From an uncultured delta proteobacterium (GTDB taxonomy: Bacteria > Myxococcota > Myxococcia > Myxococcales > Anaeromyxobacteraceae): a stretch of 64,000 bases of DNA. The stretch lies in assembly GCA_963828255.1 (NCBI GenBank), contig CAWHDZ010000031.1, positions 1 to 64,000 of the forward strand. Reading direction: 5' to 3'. Positions 9,835 to 18,473 of this stretch are shown one piece after another. Positions within the stretch are counted from its first letter, which is position 1. Every line of letters begins with the position of its first letter. Below the pieces are notes generated by a model. It did not search any database and was not told the origin of the DNA. It saw only the letters and a program-made list of their open reading frames with translations. The position numbers and the translations under genes are program-made.

Positions 9835-12444
9835 ATGACCACCTCACTGCGGCACACGTTCGGAATTGGCCTCCTCCTCCTGGCAGGGGTCGCCCGGGCG
9901 GCCACCGTCACCTTCGACCTCTCGGCGACCAGCGGCACCACCACGCTCCCCGACGGGACCACCTCACCGGTCCTGGGGTACGCGCTGGCGCCGGCAACCT
10001 CGGTGGCTGCCCCGGGCGGCCCGGTGCTCGTGGTCTCCGAGGGGGACGTGGTGACCGTCAACCTCACGAACAGCCTGGCCGGCGAGGTCACCGCGCTCAA
10101 CTTCCAGGGACAGGCGATGGTGCCGGACACCGCCGGCGTCGCCGCAGGCGCCACCAAGGCCTACAACTTCACGGCATCGAGCCCCGGCACCTTCCTCTAC
10201 GAGGCCGGTCTCGCGGAGGGCGCGGCGCACCAGGCGGCCCGGGGCCTCCATGGCGCGCTGGTCGTTCGCCCCGCCGGCCTTCCGGCGCAGGCATATTCGA
10301 GTGCGGAAACCGCGTTCGACGACGAGGCGGTCCTCGTCCTGAGCGAGCTCGATCCGGCGCTGAACCGGAGCGCCAATCCGGCCGCGTTCGACATGCGCAA
10401 CTTCAAGCCGAGCCATCGCCTCATCAACGGGAGCGCCTACCCGGCGACCAGCCCCATCGCCACGACGCCCGGCAACCGCGTGCTGCTCCGGTACGTGAAC
10501 GGGGGGCAGCAGCAGCACTCGATGGCCCTCCTCGGAACGCAGCAGGTCCTGGTGGGCAAGGACGGCAACTTCCTCACCCACTTCGGGAAGCGCGTGGCCG
10601 AGACCATCGCCCCCGGCGAGACCCTGGACGCGATCGTCACGATCCCGGCCACCACTTCACTGGGAAGCAAGTTCGCGCTCTTCGACGGAAGCCTGATGCT
10701 GGTCAACGGCAACACCTCCGGCTTCGGAGGAATGCTCACCTTCCTTCAGGCCGGAAATCCTGGCGCCGGTGGGCCCGACGTGGTCGGCCCCGTGGCCCAG
10801 CTCGTCACCGTGAGCGCGATCGTCGGCGGGAACGTGACCCTGTCCGCGGCCATCAGCGACGCCGCCTCGGGCGGCTCGAACGTCGCCGCGGCCGAGTACC
10901 GGATCGACACGGGGGCCACCGCGACCACGATGACCGCGACCGATGGGAGCTTCGACTCTCCGCAGGAGGCGGTGAACGCCACCGTCCCGGTCGGCGGGCT
11001 GTCGAGCGGGAGCCACACCCTCTACGTCCGCGGGCAGGACGCCGCGGGGAACTGGGGAAACTGGGGCGCCACCGTCCTGTCCATCGACACCGCGGGCCCG
11101 ACGACCTACGGGCTCGTCGCGAATCCAGCGACCTCCTCCGGCTCGGTGAACGTGGCCTTGACGGGGAGCGCCAGCGATGCGGCGACCGGCGGGAGCAGCA
11201 TCGCCGGTGCCGAGTACTTCCTCGACACGCCGGGCGCCACCGGTTCCGGCGTCGCCATGACGGTGTCGCCAGGGGCTCCGTCGATCGCTGCACTGACGGC
11301 CACCGTCCCGGCCGCGACCGTCGCAACCCTCCCCGAGGGCAGCCACCCCGTTCACGTCCACGCACGGGACGCGCTGGGGAACTGGGGCCCGTTCCCGGCA
11401 ACTCCGCTCGCCCTGATCGTGGATCGCACCGGCCCGGCGGCGCCGAATCCCGTGGCAGCCAATCCCCCCGCCACGAATGGGTCCACGGGGTTCAACTCGA
11501 GCACCCCGGCCATCCGGGTGACGATCACCGCGACGGACGCGCTCTCGACGGTGGCCGGAGCCGAGGCCTTCGTCGACACGCCCGGCGCCTCGGGCACCGG
11601 GTTCCAGTTCGCCCCATCGGACGGAAGCTGGAACGGCACGACCGAGAGCGCCTACGGCGACATCCCGCTCTCGCACGTGAACCTGCTCCCGACCGGCACC
11701 CACACCATTTACGTCCACGCCAGGGACGCCGCCGGGAACTGGGGCGTGAACGCGACGACCACGCTCATCGTCGACAGGACCGCACCGACGCTCTCGAGCA
11801 TCACGCTGTCGCCCACGACCGCCATCGTGGGGGAGACCGTGACCCTGACCGCGAACGGAGCCAGTGACGCGACAAGCGGCATCGGCGGCGGCCAGTACTG
11901 GTTCGACACGGCCACTCCCCCGTCGTTCCCGTCCTCCTTCACCGGAACGACCGCCGCGATCTCGTCCGCGACGGGAGGGGTCCGCACCGTCTACGCCCGC
12001 ATCCGCGACGGGGCCGGCAACTGGAGCCCGGTCCGGAGCGCGACGCTCACCGTGCCGAGCGCGGTGAACGACACGCGCACGCTCACCGCGAACGGGGCCG
12101 CCACGCAGACGAACAACCTGGCCGCGCCCGGAGTCCTCGCGAACGACCTGCCCATCGGGATGTCCGGACGCACCGCCACGCTCGCAACCGCTCCGGTTCG
12201 TCTCACCGGAACGGGCGCCGGCACCGTCACGCTGGCCTGCCCGGCCGCCCTGGGAACTGCCGGCCCGCCGGTCGGTGGGAGCACCATCTGCACGAATGGT
12301 GCGTACCAGACGCGGCTCAACGGCGTCGGGGGCAACAACCCGACCCGGGCGGCCTCGAAGCGCGGGACGTTCCAGTTCACCTACACCGAGACCCTGAACG
12401 GCAAGACGACGCCGCCGGCCACGGTCTCCATCATCGTCAACTAG
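9835..12444 (+). CDS. Two-domain multicopper oxidase-like subunit C (Cu ligands lost) fused to tandem Ig-like repeats
   Basis: ATG 9835 after GGAG; Sec signal ending ARA; PGGPVLVV, PGTFLYE, RVLLRYVNGG; no HxH or HCH motif in the cupredoxin part; four C-terminal repeats ending DAAGNWG, DALGNWG, DAAGNWG, DGAGNWS. Confidence 0.85.
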   Translation: MTTSLRHTFGIGLLLLAGVARAATVTFDLSATSGTTTLPDGTTSPVLGYALAPATSVAAPGGPVLVVSEGDVVTVNLTNSLAGEVTALNFQGQAMVPDTAGVAAGATKAYNFTASSPGTFLYEAGLAEGAAHQAARGLHGALVVRPAGLPAQAYSSAETAFDDEAVLVLSELDPALNRSANPAAFDMRNFKPSHRLINGSAYPATSPIATTPGNRVLLRYVNGGQQQHSMALLGTQQVLVGKDGNFLTHFGKRVAETIAPGETLDAIVTIPATTSLGSKFALFDGSLMLVNGNTSGFGGMLTFLQAGNPGAGGPDVVGPVAQLVTVSAIVGGNVTLSAAISDAASGGSNVAAAEYRIDTGATATTMTATDGSFDSPQEAVNATVPVGGLSSGSHTLYVRGQDAAGNWGNWGATVLSIDTAGPTTYGLVANPATSSGSVNVALTGSASDAATGGSSIAGAEYFLDTPGATGSGVAMTVSPGAPSIAALTATVPAATVATLPEGSHPVHVHARDALGNWGPFPATPLALIVDRTGPAAPNPVAANPPATNGSTGFNSSTPAIRVTITATDALSTVAGAEAFVDTPGASGTGFQFAPSDGSWNGTTESAYGDIPLSHVNLLPTGTHTIYVHARDAAGNWGVNATTTLIVDRTAPTLSSITLSPTTAIVGETVTLTANGASDATSGIGGGQYWFDTATPPSFPSSFTGTTAAISSATGGVRTVYARIRDGAGNWSPVRSATLTVPSAVNDTRTLTANGAATQTNNLAAPGVLANDLPIGMSGRTATLATAPVRLTGTGAGTVTLACPAALGTAGPPVGGSTICTNGAYQTRLNGVGGNNPTRAASKRGTFQFTYTETLNGKTTPPATVSIIVN

Positions 12445-12453
12445 GGGAACGCC

Positions 12454-12945
12454 ATGGCGAGCCAATTCTCCTGGGGCGAAAGGGCGAGGCACCGGACGTG
12501 GGCGGGCGCCCTGGCCCTCTCCGTCCTGGTCGCCGCGGGGACCATTCTGCCCGGTACCGTCCTGGCGGCCGACCGGGTGGGGGTGCCCAGCACGTCTCCG
12601 TGGACTCCCCTTCCGGAGGGGGCACTGGAGGCGATCCACGGGATCCGGGTCAACCGGATCGCGCTGACGGCCGGGGGAGGGCTCGTGGACCTCCGCTTCA
12701 CCGTCATCGATCCGGCGAAGGCGCGCCCACTCCTCGCCGGCCACGCCAGCCTGCCACGCCTGGTCGTGGAGGGAAGCGGCATCGAGCTCCAGGCGCCAAA
12801 GCACGGAGCGATGAAGGGCATCCGCCTCCAGAAGGACGCCACCTCCTTCCTGCTCTTCCCGAACTCGCGGAACGCGGTCCGCCCCGGAACGCGCGTTGCC
12901 GTCGCGTTCGGGGACGTGCGGGTGGAGCCGGTCGTGGCGAAGTGA
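12454..12945 (+). CDS. Hypothetical secreted or membrane-anchored beta-rich protein in the MCO operon
   Basis: 9 bp after the previous stop; hydrophobic N-terminal segment; protein-like composition (GLVDLRFTVIDPAKA). Confidence 0.7.
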   Translation: MASQFSWGERARHRTWAGALALSVLVAAGTILPGTVLAADRVGVPSTSPWTPLPEGALEAIHGIRVNRIALTAGGGLVDLRFTVIDPAKARPLLAGHASLPRLVVEGSGIELQAPKHGAMKGIRLQKDATSFLLFPNSRNAVRPGTRVAVAFGDVRVEPVVAK

Positions 12946-12979
12946 TCGAGATCGATCGAAGGGACCCGAGGGGAACGAG

Positions 12980-15118
12980 ATGAGATCGACCATCCTGCTG
13001 GCAGCGCTCCTGCTCTCGGTCCCCCTCGTCGCGTCACCCGCCGCGGCCCCGCAGGTCACCGTGGTCGTCCGGATGAAGGCGCAGGCGGACCTGCGCCGCT
13101 TCCATGCCTTCCCGCGCGAGTCGCGGCGGACCGGCGTCGTCAAGGCGCTGCGGGCCCTGGCCGGGACCGGGCAGGCGGGGATCCGGGCGCAGCTCCGGCA
13201 GAGGCAGGCGGCCGGGCAGGTGACCCGCGTCCTTCCGCTCTGGGTCGTGAACGGCCTGTCGGTGACGGCGACGCCCGAGGTGATCCAGGCCCTGGCCGCC
13301 CGGCCAGACGTCGACGAGATCGCTCCCGACGAGATCCCCGTCGTGCCGGCGGCACTCACGGCCGAGGCCAACGTCGCCGCGATCGGCGCGCCCGACCTCT
13401 GGAGCCTCGGATACCAGGGGCAGGGAGTGGTGATCGCCACGCTCGACAGTGGCGTGGACCTGAGCCACCCGGGCCTCGCGTCCCGGTACCGCGGCGGCAT
13501 GAACAGCTGGTTCGACCCCTACGGCCAGCACGCCATCCCGTACGACCGCACCGGGCACGGCACCTGGACCGCCGGCGTGCTCGTCGGGGGGGACGAGGGA
13601 GGCACCTCGATCGGCATCGCTCCCGGAGCGATGCTCATCGCGGCCCGGATCTGGAACGACGCCGGCTCGGCGACGGCCACCGCCATCCATCAGGCGTTCC
13701 AGTGGGTGCTCGACCCCGACGGTGATCCCGCCACGGACGACGCACCGGACATCGTGAACAACTCCTGGTCCTACGGGACGCCGGGGTGCAACCTCGCATT
13801 CCAGCCCGACCTCCAGGCCCTGCGGAGCGCCGGCATCGTCCCGGTCTTCGCGGCCGGGAACTACGGCCCGGGATCGCAGACGAGCACCAGCCCGGCCAAC
13901 TACCCCGAAGCGCTGTCGGTGGGATCGGTGAACGATCTCGGGGCAATCGCGGCGAACAGCAGCCGGGGACCGTCCGCCTGCGGCGGCGCCACCTTCCCGA
14001 CGGTCGTCGCGCCGGGCGTGGGTGTCCGGACCACCGATCTGTTCTCCACCTACGCCGACGTCTCCGGCACCTCCATCGCGGCTCCCCACGTCTCCGGGCT
14101 CCTGGCCCTTCTCCTCGGCGCATTCCCCGGCGTGAGCGGGGTGCAGGCCGAGGCAGCCATCGTCCAGGCCGCGAGGGACCTCGGCGCCGCCGGTCCGGAC
14201 AACGACTTCGGGAACGGCATCGTGGATGGGCTCGCTGCCTACGAGGCGCTCGCTTCCGCGCCCCCACCGCCTCCAGCGGCGACGGCCGACTCCTTCACCG
14301 TCCCGGGCGACGTCACGACCACGATCGCCGCTCCCGGCGTCCTCGGGAACGACCAGGACCCGGGCGGCCTTCCGCTCTCGGCGATCCTCGCGGCGGCGCC
14401 GGCCCATGGCGTGATCGATCTGCAGGCCACGGGCGGCTTCACCTACACCCCCGCCGCCGGGTTCGGCGGCACGGACGCCTTCGGATACAAGGTGACCAAC
14501 GGGATCCAGGAGAGCGCCATCGCGACCGTCACGCTCACCGTGCTGGGCACGGCGCCCTCCGCGGTGGGGGAGAGCTATTCACTCGCCGAGAACACCACTC
14601 TGACCGTGGCCGCTCCCGGGGTCCTGGGCAACGACTCGGACCCGGGAGGGAGTCCGCTCTCGGCAGTCCTCCTGGGCGCTCCACAAAACGGGACAGCCAT
14701 CCTCCAGGCGAACGGCGGGTTCACCTACACGCCCCGGACCAACTTCTACGGAACCGACAGCTTCACCTACCAGGCGACCAATGGAGCATCGGCCAGCGCG
14801 CCGGCGACGGTTTCCCTGACGGTCACGTTCGTCAACCAGCCGCCGGTGGCCCGGAACGACGCCGCAACCACGGCGCGCGGGGTCGCGGTGAACGTCGCGG
14901 TCCTGGCGAACGACAGCGACGTGGACGGGACGCTCGTGGCGAGCACGCTCACCATCACCAGCTCGCCGAAGAACGGGTCGGTGGCAAGAAAGTCCAACGG
15001 CACCGTGACCTACACGCCGAAGCGCACGTTCCGGGGCACTGACTCCTTCGCCTACAACGTGAAGGACGACCACGGCGCGACGTCGAACGTCGCGACGGTG
15101 ACGGTGCAGGTGAAGTAG
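12980..15118 (+). CDS. Secreted S8 (subtilisin-family) peptidase with propeptide and three Ig/cadherin-like repeats
   Basis: Catalytic triad motifs TLDSGV, GHGTWTAG, GTSIAAPHV; oxyanion AAGN; repeats GVLGND...GGFTYTP...GTDSFTY. Confidence 0.92.
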   Translation: MRSTILLAALLLSVPLVASPAAAPQVTVVVRMKAQADLRRFHAFPRESRRTGVVKALRALAGTGQAGIRAQLRQRQAAGQVTRVLPLWVVNGLSVTATPEVIQALAARPDVDEIAPDEIPVVPAALTAEANVAAIGAPDLWSLGYQGQGVVIATLDSGVDLSHPGLASRYRGGMNSWFDPYGQHAIPYDRTGHGTWTAGVLVGGDEGGTSIGIAPGAMLIAARIWNDAGSATATAIHQAFQWVLDPDGDPATDDAPDIVNNSWSYGTPGCNLAFQPDLQALRSAGIVPVFAAGNYGPGSQTSTSPANYPEALSVGSVNDLGAIAANSSRGPSACGGATFPTVVAPGVGVRTTDLFSTYADVSGTSIAAPHVSGLLALLLGAFPGVSGVQAEAAIVQAARDLGAAGPDNDFGNGIVDGLAAYEALASAPPPPPAATADSFTVPGDVTTTIAAPGVLGNDQDPGGLPLSAILAAAPAHGVIDLQATGGFTYTPAAGFGGTDAFGYKVTNGIQESAIATVTLTVLGTAPSAVGESYSLAENTTLTVAAPGVLGNDSDPGGSPLSAVLLGAPQNGTAILQANGGFTYTPRTNFYGTDSFTYQATNGASASAPATVSLTVTFVNQPPVARNDAATTARGVAVNVAVLANDSDVDGTLVASTLTITSSPKNGSVARKSNGTVTYTPKRTFRGTDSFAYNVKDDHGATSNVATVTVQVK

Positions 15119-15939
15119 TGGAGAAGCCTTCACACCTGCCCTTGCTGCTGGCGCTCGGGGTCCTCGCCTGCACCTGCGGTCCACCGCCGCAGGCGGGGAA
15201 ACAGGCAGGGGAGCCGGCGTCCCTCCCGTCGACCGCGCCGCCTCGGGTCCCTGGCGTGCAGGGCCGTGTGGCGCTTTCGACCCGGAGCGTCAGTGGGGCG
15301 ATCCCCCTGGTGGAGATCAAGGTCGTGCCGGAGTCGGCGATGATCGAGTTCGTCGCGACCAGGCTCCAGGCGGCGCACGCCGCGCTGGGTCGCACGGAGA
15401 AGGCAAGAGAGCGGGCGGCGCGGGAGGCCAGGGCTGCCCTCGCGGAGAACGATCGCGCCGACCAGGAGTTGAAGAGGACGGTGGCCAACGACCTGCGCAG
15501 CCGGCTCGAGATCGCCGTGCGAAGGCCGCGCGACCCGGCCGAGGTCCAGGCAAGGCACGCGGATCTGCTCGCCCGGAAGCAGGAGTCCTACCGGAAGGCG
15601 GTCGCCGCCGGAAAGCGGTCCCTCGAGAGGGAGCGCGCCGTGGCGGCCCTCGAGGCGGAAGCGCGCCGGTTTCGCGAGGCCCGGTACTTCACGGAGGGGC
15701 TGCCCCCGGCCGCCCATGCGACGCGCACCGACCCGCTGGGGACGTTCTCGATGGACGTCCCCCCGGGCCGGTACGCGCTGGTGGCGCTCCCGGATGCCGC
15801 GCCGGCTGGCTTCGCGGCGGCCTGGCTCCTGTGGATCGAGGTGCGAGACGGGGCGCCCGAACCCATCCTTCTCGATGACCACAACCAGCACGGGACGGAC
15901 TGCGACGCCTGCGTCGTGACCGTGGAGGAACTGCGATGA
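15118..15939 (+). CDS. Putative lipoprotein with coiled-coil and C-terminal HxxH/CxxC
   Basis: GTG overlaps the TAG of the S8 gene; lipobox-like GVLAC; helical middle region; ends HNQHGTDCDAC. Confidence 0.6.
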   Translation: MEKPSHLPLLLALGVLACTCGPPPQAGKQAGEPASLPSTAPPRVPGVQGRVALSTRSVSGAIPLVEIKVVPESAMIEFVATRLQAAHAALGRTEKARERAAREARAALAENDRADQELKRTVANDLRSRLEIAVRRPRDPAEVQARHADLLARKQESYRKAVAAGKRSLERERAVAALEAEARRFREARYFTEGLPPAAHATRTDPLGTFSMDVPPGRYALVALPDAAPAGFAAAWLLWIEVRDGAPEPILLDDHNQHGTDCDACVVTVEELR

Positions 15940-16286
15940 GCCGGCGAACGACCTCGAAGAGCCGCCTCGCCTCGCTGATCCTGGCCGGCTGCCTGGCGGC
16001 CTGCGGATCGCCCTCCGATCCGGATCCACCCGCCGCCACGTCCGGCGGGCCCATCCCCGGCACCGGTGGCGCGGCGGCCTCCACGGCGCCATCCACTGAG
16101 GTGATGCCCGTGGCTCATGCCCGGCCGGCACGGATCGCCGCCCGGGCCGAGCCGTCGGTCGAGGAGTGCATCGAGAAGAACATCCACGACAAGGAGTACG
16201 ACTCCCTCGCCACGCGCGACACCCGCCGCAAGCTGCGCCGGCTTCAGGTCAAGGCCGACTGCGAGCAGCGGCTGGTCGCACGCTGA
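15936..16286 (+). CDS. Putative small lipoprotein
   Basis: ATGA overlap with the upstream gene; lipobox CLAAC; Pro/Ala linker; small helical C-terminus with two Cys. Confidence 0.6.
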   Translation: MSRRTTSKSRLASLILAGCLAACGSPSDPDPPAATSGGPIPGTGGAAASTAPSTEVMPVAHARPARIAARAEPSVEECIEKNIHDKEYDSLATRDTRRKLRRLQVKADCEQRLVAR

Positions 16287-16303
16287 CGCATCGGCACGTC
16301 CCG

Positions 16304-16645
16304 TCAGCCGTCCAGCCCCACCCCGCACCTCGGGCACTTCTTCTCCCGCTCCACCTGCGTCGGCACCGGTGCGGTGGGCGGCCCCGGGCGCTCTCCCCGC
16401 ACCCAGAGGTTCTTCCCGCAGGCCGGGCAGTGGGGGACCGCCAGCGCCCGGATCACCAGCGCGAAGAGGAGCCCGCCGGCGAGGAGCGGCAGCCCGGCGC
16501 GCCAGTTCCGGGCCGCCACCGAGACCATCGACCACCCCAGGAAGGCCGACAGCAGCGCCCAGGGGACGAGCCGGCGCGCGCCGCGGGCCCGCTGGAGCTC
16601 CCTGCGGACGTGCTCCCAGCCGGTCAGCGGTGGAGACCTCGCCAT
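16304..16645 (-). CDS. Small membrane protein with C-terminal zinc ribbon
   Basis: ATG at 16645 overlaps the OPT stop; two hydrophobic helices, then CPACG and CPRCG. Confidence 0.7.
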   Translation of the reverse strand: MARSPPLTGWEHVRRELQRARGARRLVPWALLSAFLGWSMVSVAARNWRAGLPLLAGGLLFALVIRALAVPHCPACGKNLWVRGERPGPPTAPVPTQVEREKKCPRCGVGLDG

Positions 16646-18363
16646 CAGATGCGAACCCCGAAGATGGCCAGGATCGAGAAGGCCAGCACCACCAGCGCCT
16701 CCCCGGTGATGAACCCGGAGGCGAGCGGCATCGAGTAGGTGGCCTCGGTCCTCGGGCTCGTCTTCACCCAGAGCGCCTGGGCGACGCCGCCGGCCACCAT
16801 GGGGATGATGGCGTAGCCGGGGATGAGCATGCCGAGCCCCACCGCGGTGGGGGAGGGCAGGAACCGGTGCCACCTCGGCTCCAGCACCGTGATGACCGTG
16901 CCCACGACGAGCGCCATGAGGAGCGCCGTCATCGACCCCTCCGGCAGGAAGGCGAACCCCTTGGAGAGAAGCTCCGCGAAGCCGGCCCACTTCACGCTGA
17001 TGGGAGAGGTGAGGCCGCCCTCCCCGAAGCCGTACTTCGAGCGGAGCGCCGGGTAGACCACCGCCACCGCCGCCGCGCCCACCGGGATGCCGAGCAGCTG
17101 CAGCATGGTGAGGTGCCGGTTGTTCGAGCCGATGATCTTCCCGGCCCGGTAGCACTGCATGAGGTGCTCGCCCTGTCCGGCCACGGTGCCGCTCATGCCC
17201 GAGCCGATCATGTTCACCTGGAGGTGGCCCGGGGAGAGCGCCGCGAAGGCCGCCTGCATGAGGTTCGCCAGCGCGCTGATGGGGGCCCAGTTGGTCTCGC
17301 CCAGCACCCGGATGCCCACCAGCATGAGCGGGAAGGAGAGGAGCAGCGAGACCACCGAGAGCCAGATGGGGAAGCCCAGGGAGACCTTCTGGACCACCGC
17401 CAGCGCCACCGAGGAGACCAGCGCCCCGGCGATGGTCCAGCGCATGGGGAACTCGGTGATCTCCGCCTCCCGCGAGGAGAGCCCCCGGAACGTGCGGGCG
17501 ATCACCTTCCAGTTGAGCACGAGCGCCGTGATGCCGCCCGCCACCATGAGCCCGGTGGCCGGCCACATCACCCACTTCAGCACCTCGGCGAAGGTCATGG
17601 CCTTGGCCCATCCGCGGGCCACCAGCGGCCCGGGCGCGATGACCCAGGCCAGGATCGATCCGAGCAGCATGGAGAGGGTCACCCGCAGCCCGATGAGCAT
17701 CCCGGCCCCGAAGGAGAGCACCCCCAGCTCCGATCCCAGTCGCAGCGCGTGGCCGTTCGCCCCGAAGGCCACCTCGCCCGGGAAGAGCTTCCACGGCCCG
17801 TCGCGCAGGAAGCAGATCAGGCCGGAGATCCCGGTCCCGGAGGCCAGCGCGCGGAGCCGGTCGGCCGCCTCCTTGCGCCCCTGGTAGAGGACCACCAGCG
17901 TCTCGCCCGCGGCGGTGCCGTCGGCGAAGGTGAGGTTCTCCTCGTCGATGTAGTGGCGCCGCAGCGGGACGGCGAGGAAGGCGCCCACGAACCCGCCCAG
18001 GGTCAGCCACCAGAAGATCTGCCAGCCGGTGAGGTGGAGCGAGAAGCCCAGGCCGGCCCGCTCGTTCAGCATGTCGATGGCGGCCAGCACGATCACCATG
18101 AAGCCGGTCTGGCCCGCCGCCGTGCCCGCGGTCTGGGCCATGTTGGCCTCGAACCGGTTGGAGGCGAGGCTGGAGAAGATCGCCACCACCCCCAGGATCA
18201 TGTAGGCGAAGAAGGCGCTGACCACCGAGATGTTCGGGCCGTAGCCGAGCTTCAGGACGACGTACGGGTAGGCCGCGCCCATGATGAGGGCCACCGCCAC
18301 GGCGGTGAGGACGGCGCGAAGGGAGAGCTCCCGGGGCGGGGACGCGGCAGCGGTGTCGGCCAT
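16645..18363 (-). CDS. OPT-family oligopeptide transporter
   Basis: RELSLRAV, FEANMAQT, LTFADGTAAGE, GETNWAPIS, ASGFITGEAL; many transmembrane helices. Confidence 0.9.
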   Translation of the reverse strand: MADTAAASPPRELSLRAVLTAVAVALIMGAAYPYVVLKLGYGPNISVVSAFFAYMILGVVAIFSSLASNRFEANMAQTAGTAAGQTGFMVIVLAAIDMLNERAGLGFSLHLTGWQIFWWLTLGGFVGAFLAVPLRRHYIDEENLTFADGTAAGETLVVLYQGRKEAADRLRALASGTGISGLICFLRDGPWKLFPGEVAFGANGHALRLGSELGVLSFGAGMLIGLRVTLSMLLGSILAWVIAPGPLVARGWAKAMTFAEVLKWVMWPATGLMVAGGITALVLNWKVIARTFRGLSSREAEITEFPMRWTIAGALVSSVALAVVQKVSLGFPIWLSVVSLLLSFPLMLVGIRVLGETNWAPISALANLMQAAFAALSPGHLQVNMIGSGMSGTVAGQGEHLMQCYRAGKIIGSNNRHLTMLQLLGIPVGAAAVAVVYPALRSKYGFGEGGLTSPISVKWAGFAELLSKGFAFLPEGSMTALLMALVVGTVITVLEPRWHRFLPSPTAVGLGMLIPGYAIIPMVAGGVAQALWVKTSPRTEATYSMPLASGFITGEALVVLAFSILAIFGVRI

Positions 18364-18473
18364 GGGGCGCGGATTCAACCCGATCCCGGGGCGTCGCGCC
18401 AGGGGACAGGGCGTGGAGCGCCTTGCCTCCCGCCCGGGGATGTCAGAGATTCGGGAATCCGGGAGGTCCACAA

